Part shown: one piece after another, positions 20,024-29,308 of the stretch
How positions within the stretch are numbered: position 1 is the first letter of the stretch
Layout: each line of letters starts with the position of its first letter
Assembly: GCF_000039765.1 (NCBI RefSeq)
Contig: NC_004459.3
Coordinates: 1,650,001-1,682,000, forward strand
Direction: 5' to 3'
DNA from: Vibrio vulnificus CMCP6
Lineage (GTDB): Bacteria > Pseudomonadota > Gammaproteobacteria > Enterobacterales > Vibrionaceae
Length of the DNA stretch: 32,000 bases
Notes under the pieces: model-generated
Seen by the model: only the letters and a program-made list of their open reading frames with translations
Told to the model about the DNA's origin: nothing
The model's database searches: none
Translations under genes and position numbers: made by a program

Positions 20024-20233
20024 GTGGTTGCTTTTGTTAAGTTGTTGTTTTTAAGTGTATTTGCATTGTTTTACATGCCTCTGACATTGATGATTTTTTA
20101 TGGTTTTTTATCTATTTGTCGATATTTTGCTCGCATTTTTCACGGTGATATTGATGTGAAAATTGTCAAAATTGATAGGTGGTTTCGGCTTTTTGGCTTG
20201 GGTAAAAGCAAGAATGAAATTAAGGTGATTTAG
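20024..20233 (+). CDS. Possible small membrane protein (hypothetical)
   Basis: 69-aa ORF from GTG (an internal ATG is possible): MVAFVKLLFLSVFALFYMPLTLMIFYGFLSICRYFARIFHGDIDVKIVKIDRWFRLFGLGKSKNEIKVI. Hydrophobic N-terminus and basic C-terminus, located in a divergent gap. Confidence 0.35.
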   Translation: MVAFVKLLFLSVFALFYMPLTLMIFYGFLSICRYFARIFHGDIDVKIVKIDRWFRLFGLGKSKNEIKVI

Positions 20234-20277
20234 GCTCAAAGTTTGTTTACACTAGGCGAAATTAATCCGTTCCGTGA

Positions 20278-20310
20278 CTACCTGATCATTCGGTCAGGTA
20301 GGTTTTTTTT
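20278..20310 (+). terminator. Strong intrinsic terminator in the greA leader
   Basis: CTACCTGA (20278-20285) / TCAGGTAG (20294-20301) followed by G and T8 (20303-20310), 32 nt before the greA ATG. Confidence 0.8.
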
Positions 20311-20342
20311 GTCCAAAGATGACTTTGGCATTGAGGTTGAAA

Positions 20343-20816
20343 ATGGAAAAAGTTCCAATGACGGCTCGCGGCGAGCAATTGCTGCGTAAAGAATTAGAAA
20401 GACTTTTAAAAAGACGTCCACTGATCACTGAAGCGATCGCTGAAGCTCGTGAATTGGGTGACTTGAAAGAAAACGCAGAATATCACGCCGCTCGTGAAGA
20501 GCAGGGCATCTGTGAAGCTCAAATTCGTGACATCGAATATAAACTTTCTGTCGCTCAAGTGATTGATGTGAGCAAAATGGAAAATAACGGCAAAGTTATT
20601 TTCGGTGCAACGGTTACTTTGATTGACTGTGATACCGAAGAAGAAAAAACCTACCAAATCGTGGGTGATGATGAAGCGGACATTAAATCTGGCCGTATCT
20701 CTGTCAATTCACCGATAGCTCGTGGCCTTATTGGCAAGATGGAAGGCGACGAAGTGGCGATTTCAACGCCGGGTGGTATGAAAGACTTTGAAATTGATAG
20801 CGTTGAATACCGATAA
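20343..20816 (+). CDS. greA: Transcription elongation factor GreA
   Basis: 157 aa from [55 protein letters not shown]. The track ORF begins upstream at a non-native start. Confidence 0.96.
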   Translation: MEKVPMTARGEQLLRKELERLLKRRPLITEAIAEARELGDLKENAEYHAAREEQGICEAQIRDIEYKLSVAQVIDVSKMENNGKVIFGATVTLIDCDTEEEKTYQIVGDDEADIKSGRISVNSPIARGLIGKMEGDEVAISTPGGMKDFEIDSVEYR

Positions 20817-20836
20817 TTTCCTATCAATCGCACATC

Positions 20837-20867
20837 AAAAAGGTCGCCAATGGCGACCTTTCTTTTG
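20837..20867. terminator. Terminator between convergent greA and yhbY
   Basis: AAAGGTCGCCA (20839-20849) / TGGCGACCTTT (20851-20861), then CTTTTG. Confidence 0.7.
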
Positions 20868-20888
20868 TGACTAGAAGAAGCACTTAAC

Positions 20889-21185
20889 TTACTTACGAGG
20901 AAGTTCAATCTTGCGCTCTTCAGATTGGCGATAAAGTACAAGTGTCTTACCAATTACTTGCACTTTCTCTGCGCCAGTTTCACGCACAATGGCATCAACA
21001 ATCAGCAATTTTGTTTCACGATCTTCAGATGCGATCTTTATTTTGATCAGCTCGTGAAAGTCCAATGCGATTTCGATTTCGGCTAGCACGGCTTCAGTAA
21101 GTCCATTTGCGCCCATTAGCACAACAGGTTTTAAACTGTGAGCCAGGCCTTTTAGGTGCTGCTTTTGTTTGGTGCTTAGGTTCAT
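20889..21185 (-). CDS. yhbY: RNA-binding protein YhbY (CRM domain)
   Basis: 98 aa: LSTKQKQHLKGLAHSLKPVVLMGANGLTEAVLAEIEIALDFHELIKIKI. Confidence 0.93.
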   Translation of the reverse strand: MNLSTKQKQHLKGLAHSLKPVVLMGANGLTEAVLAEIEIALDFHELIKIKIASEDRETKLLIVDAIVRETGAEKVQVIGKTLVLYRQSEERKIELPRK

Positions 21186-21323
21186 TACGCCGCCATTTTT
21201 ATTTAAACTAAGGGTTGAAAAAACCTATTTTAACGCCATCTATTGCTGAAGACTATAATTTATTAATTAATAGGAACGACCTATTAAATTGATAACTCTG
21301 CAACTGGCTTTGTTGAGACTAGA

Positions 21324-21953
21324 ATGAGTAAACAAAAACATTCAGCGAGCTCTAGCCGCTGGTTAAAAGAACACTTTGACGACAAGTATGCGAATGAAGC
21401 CAGACGAAAAGGTTACCGTTCTCGTGCTATCTTTAAACTTGAAGAAATTCAACAAAAAGACAAATTGCTAAAACCCGGTATGACGGTTGTTGATCTGGGT
21501 GCTGCTCCGGGTGGTTGGTCGCAATACGCCATTGGAGTGGTTGGTGATAGTGGTCGTGTGATTGCTTGTGATATTTTGCCGATGGATTCCATCGCTGGTG
21601 TTTCCTTCCTTCAAGGCGATTTTCGTGAAGATGCGGTTTTGGAAGCGCTGCTTGAACGTATTCAACCTGACATGGTTGATGTTGTAATGTCAGATATGGC
21701 GCCAAATATTGCCGGTAACAACTCAGTCGATCAGCCAAGGGCAATGTATTTAGTTGAATTAGCTTTAGATATGTGTCGACAAGTTCTTGCACCTAATGGT
21801 AGCTTTGTCGTAAAGGTTTTCCAGGGTGAAGGCTTCGATGAATACGTCAAAGAAGTCCGAAACATGTTTAAAGTCGTAAAAATCAGAAAACCAGATTCAT
21901 CGCGAGCTCGCTCACGAGAAGTCTTTGTTGTAGCCACTGGTTACAAAGGTTAA
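21324..21953 (+). CDS. rlmE: 23S rRNA (uridine2552-2'-O)-methyltransferase
   Basis: 209 aa: [39 protein letters not shown] ... [13 protein letters not shown]; next to ftsH. Confidence 0.95.
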   Translation: MSKQKHSASSSRWLKEHFDDKYANEARRKGYRSRAIFKLEEIQQKDKLLKPGMTVVDLGAAPGGWSQYAIGVVGDSGRVIACDILPMDSIAGVSFLQGDFREDAVLEALLERIQPDMVDVVMSDMAPNIAGNNSVDQPRAMYLVELALDMCRQVLAPNGSFVVKVFQGEGFDEYVKEVRNMFKVVKIRKPDSSRARSREVFVVATGYKG

Positions 21954-22051
21954 CTATTTGCCCTCACAGGTAAAAGTTAACACTATAGATACAGGTTACA
22001 AACTGTAGTACCCTACCTTTAATTACAATTAGTTATCGAGAGGCTGACACC

Positions 22052-24013
22052 TTGAGTGACATGGCAAAAAATTTAATTCTGTGGCTGGTTATCGCTGTCG
22101 TGTTAATGTCGGTATTTCAGAGCTTTGGCCCTGGAGAAAGTAACGGCAGAGCAGTGGATTACACCACATTCGTACAGGAAGTTGGTCAAGGCCAGATTCA
22201 AGAAGCAACGTTTAAAGACGGTGAAATTACCTTCGTTAGACGTGGCGGCGGCGGTAAGTTTGTAACTTACATGCCGGTATACGATCAGAAATTGCTGGAC
22301 GACCTGATCAACCAAAACGTTAAAGTACAAGGTACGCCTCCAGAAGAGCAAAGCTTGCTCGGTACTATCTTTATTTCTTGGTTCCCAATGATTCTACTCA
22401 TTGGTGTGTGGATATTCTTCATGCGTCAAATGCAAGGTGGCGGTGGCAAAGGTGCCATGTCATTTGGTAAGAGCAAAGCTCGCATGATGAGTGAAGAGCA
22501 GATCAAAACGACGTTTGGTGATGTCGCAGGTTGTGACGAAGCCAAAGAAGACGTTAAAGAGCTAGTGGATTATCTACGTGACCCAAGTCGTTTCCAAAAG
22601 CTGGGTGGTAAGATTCCAACTGGTGTTTTGATGGTAGGTCCTCCAGGTACGGGTAAAACCTTATTGGCAAAAGCCATTGCTGGTGAGGCGAAGGTGCCAT
22701 TTTTCACTATCTCTGGTTCTGACTTCGTTGAAATGTTTGTTGGTGTTGGTGCTTCGCGTGTTCGTGATATGTTCGAACAGGCCAAAAAAGCCTCACCATG
22801 CATCATCTTCATTGATGAAATCGATGCCGTAGGTCGCCAGCGTGGTGCAGGTGTTGGTGGTGGTCATGATGAACGTGAGCAAACACTAAACCAAATGCTA
22901 GTAGAAATGGATGGTTTCGAAGGTAACGAAGGCATTATCGTTATTGCGGCAACCAACCGTCCAGATGTTTTGGATCCTGCACTACTGCGTCCTGGTCGTT
23001 TTGACCGTCAAGTTGTGGTCGGTCTGCCGGATGTACGTGGTCGTGAACAGATCCTGAAAGTGCATATGCGTAAAGTACCGCTAGCCGGTGACGTTGAGCC
23101 TTCTCTTATTGCGCGTGGTACACCTGGTTTCTCGGGTGCTGATTTAGCCAACCTAGTTAACGAAGCGGCGCTATTTGCTGCGCGTGGTAATAAACGCAAC
23201 GTCTCTATGGTTGAATTTGAACTGGCAAAAGACAAAATCATGATGGGTGCAGAACGTCGCTCTATGGTGATGTCTGAAGAAATCAAAGAGTCAACGGCAT
23301 ACCATGAAGCGGGCCATGCGATCGTTGGTCGCCTTGTGCCTGAGCATGATCCTGTTTACAAAGTGTCGATTATTCCTCGCGGGCGTGCACTTGGTGTAAC
23401 CATGTACTTGCCAGAGCAAGACCGAGTCAGTATGTCTCGTCAGCACTTAGAGTCTATGATTTCAAGCCTATATGGCGGTCGTTTAGCTGAAGAACTGATT
23501 TACGGTGTAGATCGTGTATCAACAGGGGCTTCAAACGATATCGAACGTGCAACTGATATTGCTCGTAAGATGGTGACACAATGGGGCTTCTCTGAAAAAC
23601 TTGGTCCGATGCTTTATGCGGAGGAAGAAGGTGAAGTTTTCTTAGGACGTAGTGTGACACAAACTAAACATATGTCAGACGACACCGCAAAACTGATTGA
23701 TGATGAAGTTCGTAAGTTGATTGACCGCAACTATGAGCGTGCAAGACAAATCCTAATCGATAACATGGATATCATGCACGCAATGAAAGATGCGTTAATG
23801 AAATACGAAACCATCGATGCTGGTCAAATTGATGATCTGATGGCTCGCAAAGAGACCATTCGTGAACCAGCGGGTTGGGGTGATCAAGCGGCGACGGAGA
23901 AAACGGAAAAATCAGAAGCAAAAGCTGAAGAGAAAACCGCAGAGCCGGAAGTGACTGCTCAGTCTCAACCAGATGAAGTTCAGCAGCCTACTGACAAAAA
24001 AGATGCAGAATAG
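22052..24013 (+). CDS. ftsH: ATP-dependent zinc metalloprotease FtsH
   Basis: ~653 aa: [18 protein letters not shown] (Walker A), SRH region, HEAGH zinc motif. The start may be TTG at 22052 (SD GAGAGG at 22038-22043) or ATG at 22061. Confidence 0.96.
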   Translation: MSDMAKNLILWLVIAVVLMSVFQSFGPGESNGRAVDYTTFVQEVGQGQIQEATFKDGEITFVRRGGGGKFVTYMPVYDQKLLDDLINQNVKVQGTPPEEQSLLGTIFISWFPMILLIGVWIFFMRQMQGGGGKGAMSFGKSKARMMSEEQIKTTFGDVAGCDEAKEDVKELVDYLRDPSRFQKLGGKIPTGVLMVGPPGTGKTLLAKAIAGEAKVPFFTISGSDFVEMFVGVGASRVRDMFEQAKKASPCIIFIDEIDAVGRQRGAGVGGGHDEREQTLNQMLVEMDGFEGNEGIIVIAATNRPDVLDPALLRPGRFDRQVVVGLPDVRGREQILKVHMRKVPLAGDVEPSLIARGTPGFSGADLANLVNEAALFAARGNKRNVSMVEFELAKDKIMMGAERRSMVMSEEIKESTAYHEAGHAIVGRLVPEHDPVYKVSIIPRGRALGVTMYLPEQDRVSMSRQHLESMISSLYGGRLAEELIYGVDRVSTGASNDIERATDIARKMVTQWGFSEKLGPMLYAEEEGEVFLGRSVTQTKHMSDDTAKLIDDEVRKLIDRNYERARQILIDNMDIMHAMKDALMKYETIDAGQIDDLMARKETIREPAGWGDQAATEKTEKSEAKAEEKTAEPEVTAQSQPDEVQQPTDKKDAE

Positions 24014-24029
24014 GTTTTAATTAATAAGG

Positions 24030-24056
24030 AAACCCCGAGGCAACTCGGGGTTTTTG
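24030..24056 (+). terminator. Intrinsic terminator between ftsH and folP
   Basis: AACCCCGAG (24031-24039) / CTCGGGGTT (24044-24052) followed by TTTT. Confidence 0.8.
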
Positions 24057-24066
24057 TATTTCTACT

Positions 24067-24897
24067 ATGATTCTACGTTCCCAAAAAAAATCCTTAGATC
24101 TTTCATTCCCTGTTGTGATGGGAATTCTTAATGTCACACCTGACTCGTTTTCCGATGGAGGCCAATTTAATGCGCTTGATGCGGCATTGGCCCAAGCCGA
24201 GCGAATGATTGCTGCCGGTGTGAGTATCATTGATGTCGGTGGTGAGTCAACACGTCCAGGTGCGCCAGAAGTCTCATTGGAAGAAGAGTTGAAGCGCGTT
24301 ATTCCTGCAATTCAAGCCATTCGGCAAAAGCACGATGTTTGGATCTCTATTGATACCAGCAAAGCGGAAGTGATGAAGCAAGCCATTGAAGCCGGTGCGG
24401 ATCTCATTAATGATGTTCGCGCATTGAAGGAGCCAGGGGCCTTGGCAGTTGCCGCGAAAGCCCAAGTTCCGATTTGTCTGATGCACATGCAAGGCCAACC
24501 TCGAAGCATGCAGCATAACCCAAGCTATCAAGATGTATTAAAAGAGGTCAGCGAATTTTTGGAAGAGCGTGTTGCAGCCTGTGAAGAAGCCGGTATTGCA
24601 AAAGAGCTGCTTATTCTTGACCCTGGGTTTGGTTTTGGCAAAACCATCGAACACAATTATCATCTGTTAGCGCATTTAGAGGCATTTCATCAATTAGGTT
24701 TGCCGATTTTGGCGGGCATGTCTCGTAAATCGATGGTTTTTAAATTACTGAACAAAAAGCCTGCAGAGTGCATGGTGGCTAGTGTAACATGTGCGACGAT
24801 TGCTGCTATGAAAGGCGCTCAGATCATTCGCGTTCATGATGTCGAAGAAACCGTTGAAGCGATGCGAGTCATTCAAATGATGCATAAAAATATCTGA
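24067..24897 (+). CDS. folP: Dihydropteroate synthase
   Basis: 276 aa: VMGILNVTPDSFSDGG, IIDVGGESTRPGA, LILDPGFGFGKT. Confidence 0.95.
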   Translation: MILRSQKKSLDLSFPVVMGILNVTPDSFSDGGQFNALDAALAQAERMIAAGVSIIDVGGESTRPGAPEVSLEEELKRVIPAIQAIRQKHDVWISIDTSKAEVMKQAIEAGADLINDVRALKEPGALAVAAKAQVPICLMHMQGQPRSMQHNPSYQDVLKEVSEFLEERVAACEEAGIAKELLILDPGFGFGKTIEHNYHLLAHLEAFHQLGLPILAGMSRKSMVFKLLNKKPAECMVASVTCATIAAMKGAQIIRVHDVEETVEAMRVIQMMHKNI

Positions 24898-24925
24898 GTA
24901 AAAAAGAATATAAGAAGGAATAAAC

Positions 24926-26266
24926 ATGTCGGATAAAAGACGTTATTTTGGTACAGATGGTGTTCGTGGGAAAGTAGGTCAGTATCCTATTACTCCCGAC
25001 TTTGTACTAAAACTTGGCTGGGCTGCAGGTCGTGTATTAGCGAAGCAAGGAACGAAAAAAGTTATTATCGGCAAAGATACGCGTATTTCAGGCTATATGC
25101 TTGAGTCTGCTTTAGAGGCGGGGCTTGCGGCTGCGGGTTTAAAGGCGACTTTTACTGGGCCGATGCCAACACCTGCTGTGGCGTACTTGACACAAACATT
25201 CCGTGCTGAAGCTGGTATCGTGATCTCTGCTTCTCACAATCCATACTATGACAATGGCATTAAATTTTTCTCTTCTGAAGGGACAAAATTACCCGATGAT
25301 ATTGAGTTAGCTATTGAAGCTGAGTTGGATAAAGAAATCGAATGCGTAGAGTCTGCAGAATTAGGTAAAGCGACACGTCTCAACGACGCGGCTGGTCGTT
25401 ATATTGAATTTTGTAAAAGTACGTTCCCTTCAGAGTTGAGCCTAGCAAAACTTAAAATCGTTGTAGATTGTGCCAATGGTGCAACGTATCACATTGCGCC
25501 AAATGTGTTTACTGAACTGGGTGCCGATGTTATTGCTATGGGCGTAACGCCAAACGGCACCAATATTAACCATGAAGTAGGCGCAACCGATGTACGCGCT
25601 CTACAACAACGTGTTGTTGAAGAGCAAGCGGATTTAGGATTGGCGTTTGACGGTGATGGTGACCGAATTATCATGGTCGATCACTTAGGTAATAAAGTCG
25701 ACGGCGACCAAATTGCCTATATTATTGCGCGAGATGCATTGCGTCGTGGTGAACTTAAAGGGGGCGTAGTGGGCACCCTTATGACTAACCTTGGTATGGA
25801 AAATGGCCTCAAGCAACTGGGTATTCCATTTGTACGCGCTGCGGTTGGCGATCGCTATGTGATGGAAAAACTGTTAGAGAAAGGTTGGAAGATCGGCGCT
25901 GAAAACTCTGGACACGTAATTCTGCTGGATAAAGTAACTACTGGCGATGCCATTGTTGCCGCATTGCAGGTGTTGGCATCTGTTGTGGGCAGTGAACTAT
26001 CACTAAATGAGCTTTCAAAAGGCATGACACTTTACCCACAAGTGCTCGAAAACGTGCGCTTTGCTGGACAAGGTAATCCACTAGAAGCCGAAGCCGTTAA
26101 AAAAACCGTGGAAGACGTTGAAGCCGATTTGGGCAGTAAAGGCCGAGTTCTGTTGCGTAAATCAGGCACCGAGCCATTAATTCGTGTGATGGTAGAAGGC
26201 GAAGATGGTGAACTTGTACAAAACAGTGCACTTAAAATAGCACAAGCAGTGAAAGACAACTGCTAA
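24926..26266 (+). CDS. glmM: Phosphoglucosamine mutase
   Basis: 446 aa: [30 protein letters not shown] (phosphoserine loop), [21 protein letters not shown]. Confidence 0.96.
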   Translation: MSDKRRYFGTDGVRGKVGQYPITPDFVLKLGWAAGRVLAKQGTKKVIIGKDTRISGYMLESALEAGLAAAGLKATFTGPMPTPAVAYLTQTFRAEAGIVISASHNPYYDNGIKFFSSEGTKLPDDIELAIEAELDKEIECVESAELGKATRLNDAAGRYIEFCKSTFPSELSLAKLKIVVDCANGATYHIAPNVFTELGADVIAMGVTPNGTNINHEVGATDVRALQQRVVEEQADLGLAFDGDGDRIIMVDHLGNKVDGDQIAYIIARDALRRGELKGGVVGTLMTNLGMENGLKQLGIPFVRAAVGDRYVMEKLLEKGWKIGAENSGHVILLDKVTTGDAIVAALQVLASVVGSELSLNELSKGMTLYPQVLENVRFAGQGNPLEAEAVKKTVEDVEADLGSKGRVLLRKSGTEPLIRVMVEGEDGELVQNSALKIAQAVKDNC

Positions 26267-26300
26267 ATTATCACAAGCTTATCTTCTAGGATGTGAAAGG

Positions 26301-26328
26301 AGCTACTTTGAAAGTAGCTCTTTTTTTC
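26301..26328 (+). terminator. Intrinsic terminator of the upstream operon (glmM)
   Basis: GAGCTACT...AGTAGCTC followed by T7. Confidence 0.8.
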
Positions 26329-26527
26329 GGTTAAAATTGATATTTTGCCCCTTTTTTAACCGTTCAGTGCATTGTGTTCTTTTTTTTGTATTTTTCGCTT
26401 GTCATGAATGACACCTTTCGTTAGTATTGCTCGGCCTTCAGTTAGGAGGATGCTAGCCTTGTTCTTGCTTGCGTAACGCAAGTCAGAGAATGGCGCTGGC
26501 TCAACAATTTGGAACATAGGTGGAAAA

Positions 26528-26860
26528 ATGTTTAGCGTTCTACTTGTGATTTACCTGTTGGCAGCGCTTGGTGTAATTGGCCTTGTGTTGATTCAGCAAG
26601 GTAAAGGCGCAGATATGGGAGCCTCGTTCGGTGCGGGCGCATCAAACACTGTTTTTGGTGCCAGCGGCTCAGGTAATTTCCTTACCCGAACAACTGCTAT
26701 TTTAGCAACAGTATTTTTTATCGTGAGCTTAACGCTTGGTCGCATGTCGACTCATAAAGCAGAGTCTCAATGGGTTGACCCAACACAAGGTCAAGTTGTT
26801 GAACAAGTTCAAGATAACGTGAGTGAAGCTCCTGCTAAGTCAGATGAGATTCCTCAATAA
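26528..26860 (+). CDS. secG: Preprotein translocase subunit SecG
   Basis: 110 aa: two TMs, [35 protein letters not shown]. Confidence 0.95.
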   Translation: MFSVLLVIYLLAALGVIGLVLIQQGKGADMGASFGAGASNTVFGASGSGNFLTRTTAILATVFFIVSLTLGRMSTHKAESQWVDPTQGQVVEQVQDNVSEAPAKSDEIPQ

Positions 26861-26877
26861 GCGAAAGCTTTAAAATT

Positions 26878-26961
26878 GCCGAGATGGTGAAATTGGTAGA
26901 CACACTAGCATGAGGTGCTAGCGCCTATGGTGTGAGGGTTCGAGTCCCTCTCTCGGCACCA
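26878..26961 (+). tRNA. tRNA-Leu (anticodon GAG)
   Basis: Acceptor GCCGAGA / TCTCGGC plus ACCA; anticodon stem CTAGC (26905-26909) / GCTAG; loop ATGAGGT gives GAG at 26912-26914; T loop GGTTCGAGTCC. Confidence 0.95.
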
Positions 26962-27018
26962 TTGATTTTACAAACTTGTAAATAACTGTGTTGAGCGTAT
27001 AATGCTCAGCTAGTCGGA

Positions 27019-27095
<77 letters not shown>

Positions 27096-27181
27096 ATTTT
27101 CGATTGGATGCAAGTTTGGTAGTGCTAACCACACTACAAGTTAAGCAACATCGGTTGTTTAACGTATCAGGGTCCAGCAAC

Positions 27182-27210
27182 AAAAAACCCCGACTAATCG
27201 GGGTTTTTTG
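27182..27210 (+). terminator. Intrinsic terminator downstream of the tRNA genes
   Basis: AAAAAACCCCGA (27182-27193) / TCGGGGTTTTTT (27198-27209). Confidence 0.85.
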
Positions 27211-27267
27211 TTATCTGTACTTCTCGCTGGTGCGAGTTTTGTACAGATAGTGCTTGGTTTTTATATT

Positions 27268-27288
27268 GGGCTCTGAGCCCTTTTTTTA
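27268..27288 (+). terminator. Second terminator-like hairpin immediately upstream of rimP
   Basis: GGGCT (27268-27272) / AGCCC (27276-27280) followed by T7 (27281-27287). Confidence 0.5.
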
Positions 27289-27305
27289 TTTCTGGAGTGG
27301 TTTGA

Positions 27306-27761
27306 ATGACTGGTTTAGAAAGACAACTGACAGAGATGCTTGAATCGGCAGTCGTTGCATCTGGTTATGAGTTAGTTGGATTAGAATTTATTCGTGCGGG
27401 TGAACACTCGACATTGCGTATTTACATCGATCATGAAAATGGCATTACCGTTGAAGACTGTGCAGAAGTAAGTCATCAAGTAAGTGCTGTGCTTGATGTT
27501 GAAGATCCAATTTCAGTGGCGTATAGCCTAGAAGTTTCTTCACCAGGTTTGGACAGACCACTTTTTAAACCTGCACATTATGAGCAGTTTATTGGTCAAG
27601 AAGTCAACGTTGTATTGAAAATGGCTGTAGCCAACCGTCGTAAATGGAAAGGTGAAATCCATTCTGTTGATGGTGAGGCCATTACACTGACGGTTGATGG
27701 TCAGCAAGAAGAATTCGCTTTGAGCAACATTTCCAAAGCTAACCTTATCCCTAAATTTTAG
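27306..27761 (+). CDS. rimP: Ribosome maturation factor RimP
   Basis: 151 aa: [45 protein letters not shown]...[15 protein letters not shown]. Confidence 0.95.
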   Translation: MTGLERQLTEMLESAVVASGYELVGLEFIRAGEHSTLRIYIDHENGITVEDCAEVSHQVSAVLDVEDPISVAYSLEVSSPGLDRPLFKPAHYEQFIGQEVNVVLKMAVANRRKWKGEIHSVDGEAITLTVDGQQEEFALSNISKANLIPKF

Positions 27762-27796
27762 TTCCTGAACAAGTTTTCAGATTAGAGGCTAATTAA

Positions 27797-29284
27797 ATGA
27801 GTAAAGAAATTTTAGCGGTAGCAGAAGCGGTATCGAACGAGAAAGCGGTACCTCGTGAGCGTATCTTTGAAGCTTTGGAGATTGCTTTAGCGACTTCGAC
27901 TAAGAAAAAATACGAAATCGAAATCGATGTGCGTGTTGCTATCGACCGCAAAACAGGCGAATTCGTCACATTCCGTCGTTGGTTGGTGGTTGATGAAGTA
28001 GAAAACCCAACGAAAGAAATTTCGTTCGAAGCTGCTAACTACGACGATGAATCTGTTCAGCTTGGTGATTTCATTGAAGAAGAGATCGAGTCAGTAACGT
28101 TTGACCGTATCACTACTCAAACAGCAAAACAGGTTATTGTACAAAAAGTTCGCGAAGCAGAGCGTGCACAAATCGTTGAGCAGTTTATTGATAACGAAGG
28201 TGACCTAGTTACTGGTGTTGTGAAAAAAGTAAACCGTGAAACAGTTGTTCTTGATCTAGGTAACAACGCGGAAGCGGTCATTCTGCGCGATGACCAACTA
28301 CCTCGTGAAAACTTCCGTCCGGGTGACCGTGTACGTGGTCTTCTATATAAAGTTGCACCAGAAGCACGTGGCTTCCAATTGTTCATCACACGTTCGAAGC
28401 CTGAAATGCTTGCTGAACTATTCCGCGTTGAAGTTCCTGAAATCGCTGAAGAAATCATTGAGCTTAAAGGCGCTGCACGTGATCCAGGTTCTCGTGCCAA
28501 AATCGCAGTGAAAACCAATGACAGACGTATTGATCCTGTTGGTGCGTGTGTAGGCATGCGTGGTGCACGTGTTCAAGCGGTGTCTGGTGAGCTTGGTGGC
28601 GAGCGTATTGACATTGTGCTTTGGGACGATAACCCAGCTCAGTTCGTTATCAACGCGATGGCGCCAGCGGATGTTGCATCCATCATCGTTGATGAAGATG
28701 CCCACTCAATGGATATTGCTGTTGAAGCGGGTAACTTGGCGCAAGCTATCGGCCGTAATGGTCAGAACGTACGTCTAGCGTCTCAACTAACGGGTTGGGA
28801 ACTGAACGTAATGACGGTTGAAGATCTGCAGAAGAAACATGCAGAAGAGTCTCAAGCGTCAATCGACAACTTTATGAAATATCTAGATATCGAAGAAGAC
28901 TTCGCTCAGCTGCTTGTTGAAGAAGGTTTCTCAACACTAGAAGAAGTCGCATACGTACCAGTAAACGAGCTATTAGAAGTTGAAGGTCTGGATGAAGATC
29001 TTATCGAAGAGCTACGTAGCCGTGCGAAAGATGCACTAACCACGATCGCATTAGCTCGTGAAGAGTCATTCGAGGGTGTTGAGCCAGCAGAAGATCTACT
29101 AAATCTAGAAGGTCTTGAGCGTGAAATGGCATTCAAATTGGCTGCGAAAGGTGTTGCATCACTAGAAGATCTAGCAGACCAAGGCATCGATGATTTAGAA
29201 GGTATCGACGGTCTAACAGAAGAGCGTGCAGGTCAGTTGATCATGGCAGCACGTAATATCTGTTGGTTCGGAGAAGAAGCATAA
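27797..29284 (+). CDS. nusA: Transcription termination/antitermination factor NusA
   Basis: 495 aa: S1/KH region ([51 protein letters not shown]) and C-terminal acidic repeats. Confidence 0.96.
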   Translation: MSKEILAVAEAVSNEKAVPRERIFEALEIALATSTKKKYEIEIDVRVAIDRKTGEFVTFRRWLVVDEVENPTKEISFEAANYDDESVQLGDFIEEEIESVTFDRITTQTAKQVIVQKVREAERAQIVEQFIDNEGDLVTGVVKKVNRETVVLDLGNNAEAVILRDDQLPRENFRPGDRVRGLLYKVAPEARGFQLFITRSKPEMLAELFRVEVPEIAEEIIELKGAARDPGSRAKIAVKTNDRRIDPVGACVGMRGARVQAVSGELGGERIDIVLWDDNPAQFVINAMAPADVASIIVDEDAHSMDIAVEAGNLAQAIGRNGQNVRLASQLTGWELNVMTVEDLQKKHAEESQASIDNFMKYLDIEEDFAQLLVEEGFSTLEEVAYVPVNELLEVEGLDEDLIEELRSRAKDALTTIALAREESFEGVEPAEDLLNLEGLEREMAFKLAAKGVASLEDLADQGIDDLEGIDGLTEERAGQLIMAARNICWFGEEA

Positions 29285-29308
29285 TATTCAGCAAGGGGAG
29301 GAAGCGGC

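Noticed and set aside
28117-29187. Several antisense ORFs on the - strand inside nusA (146, 95, 93 aa)
   Set aside because: Fully inside a highly conserved gene, with compositions typical of antisense shadow ORFs and no independent signals.
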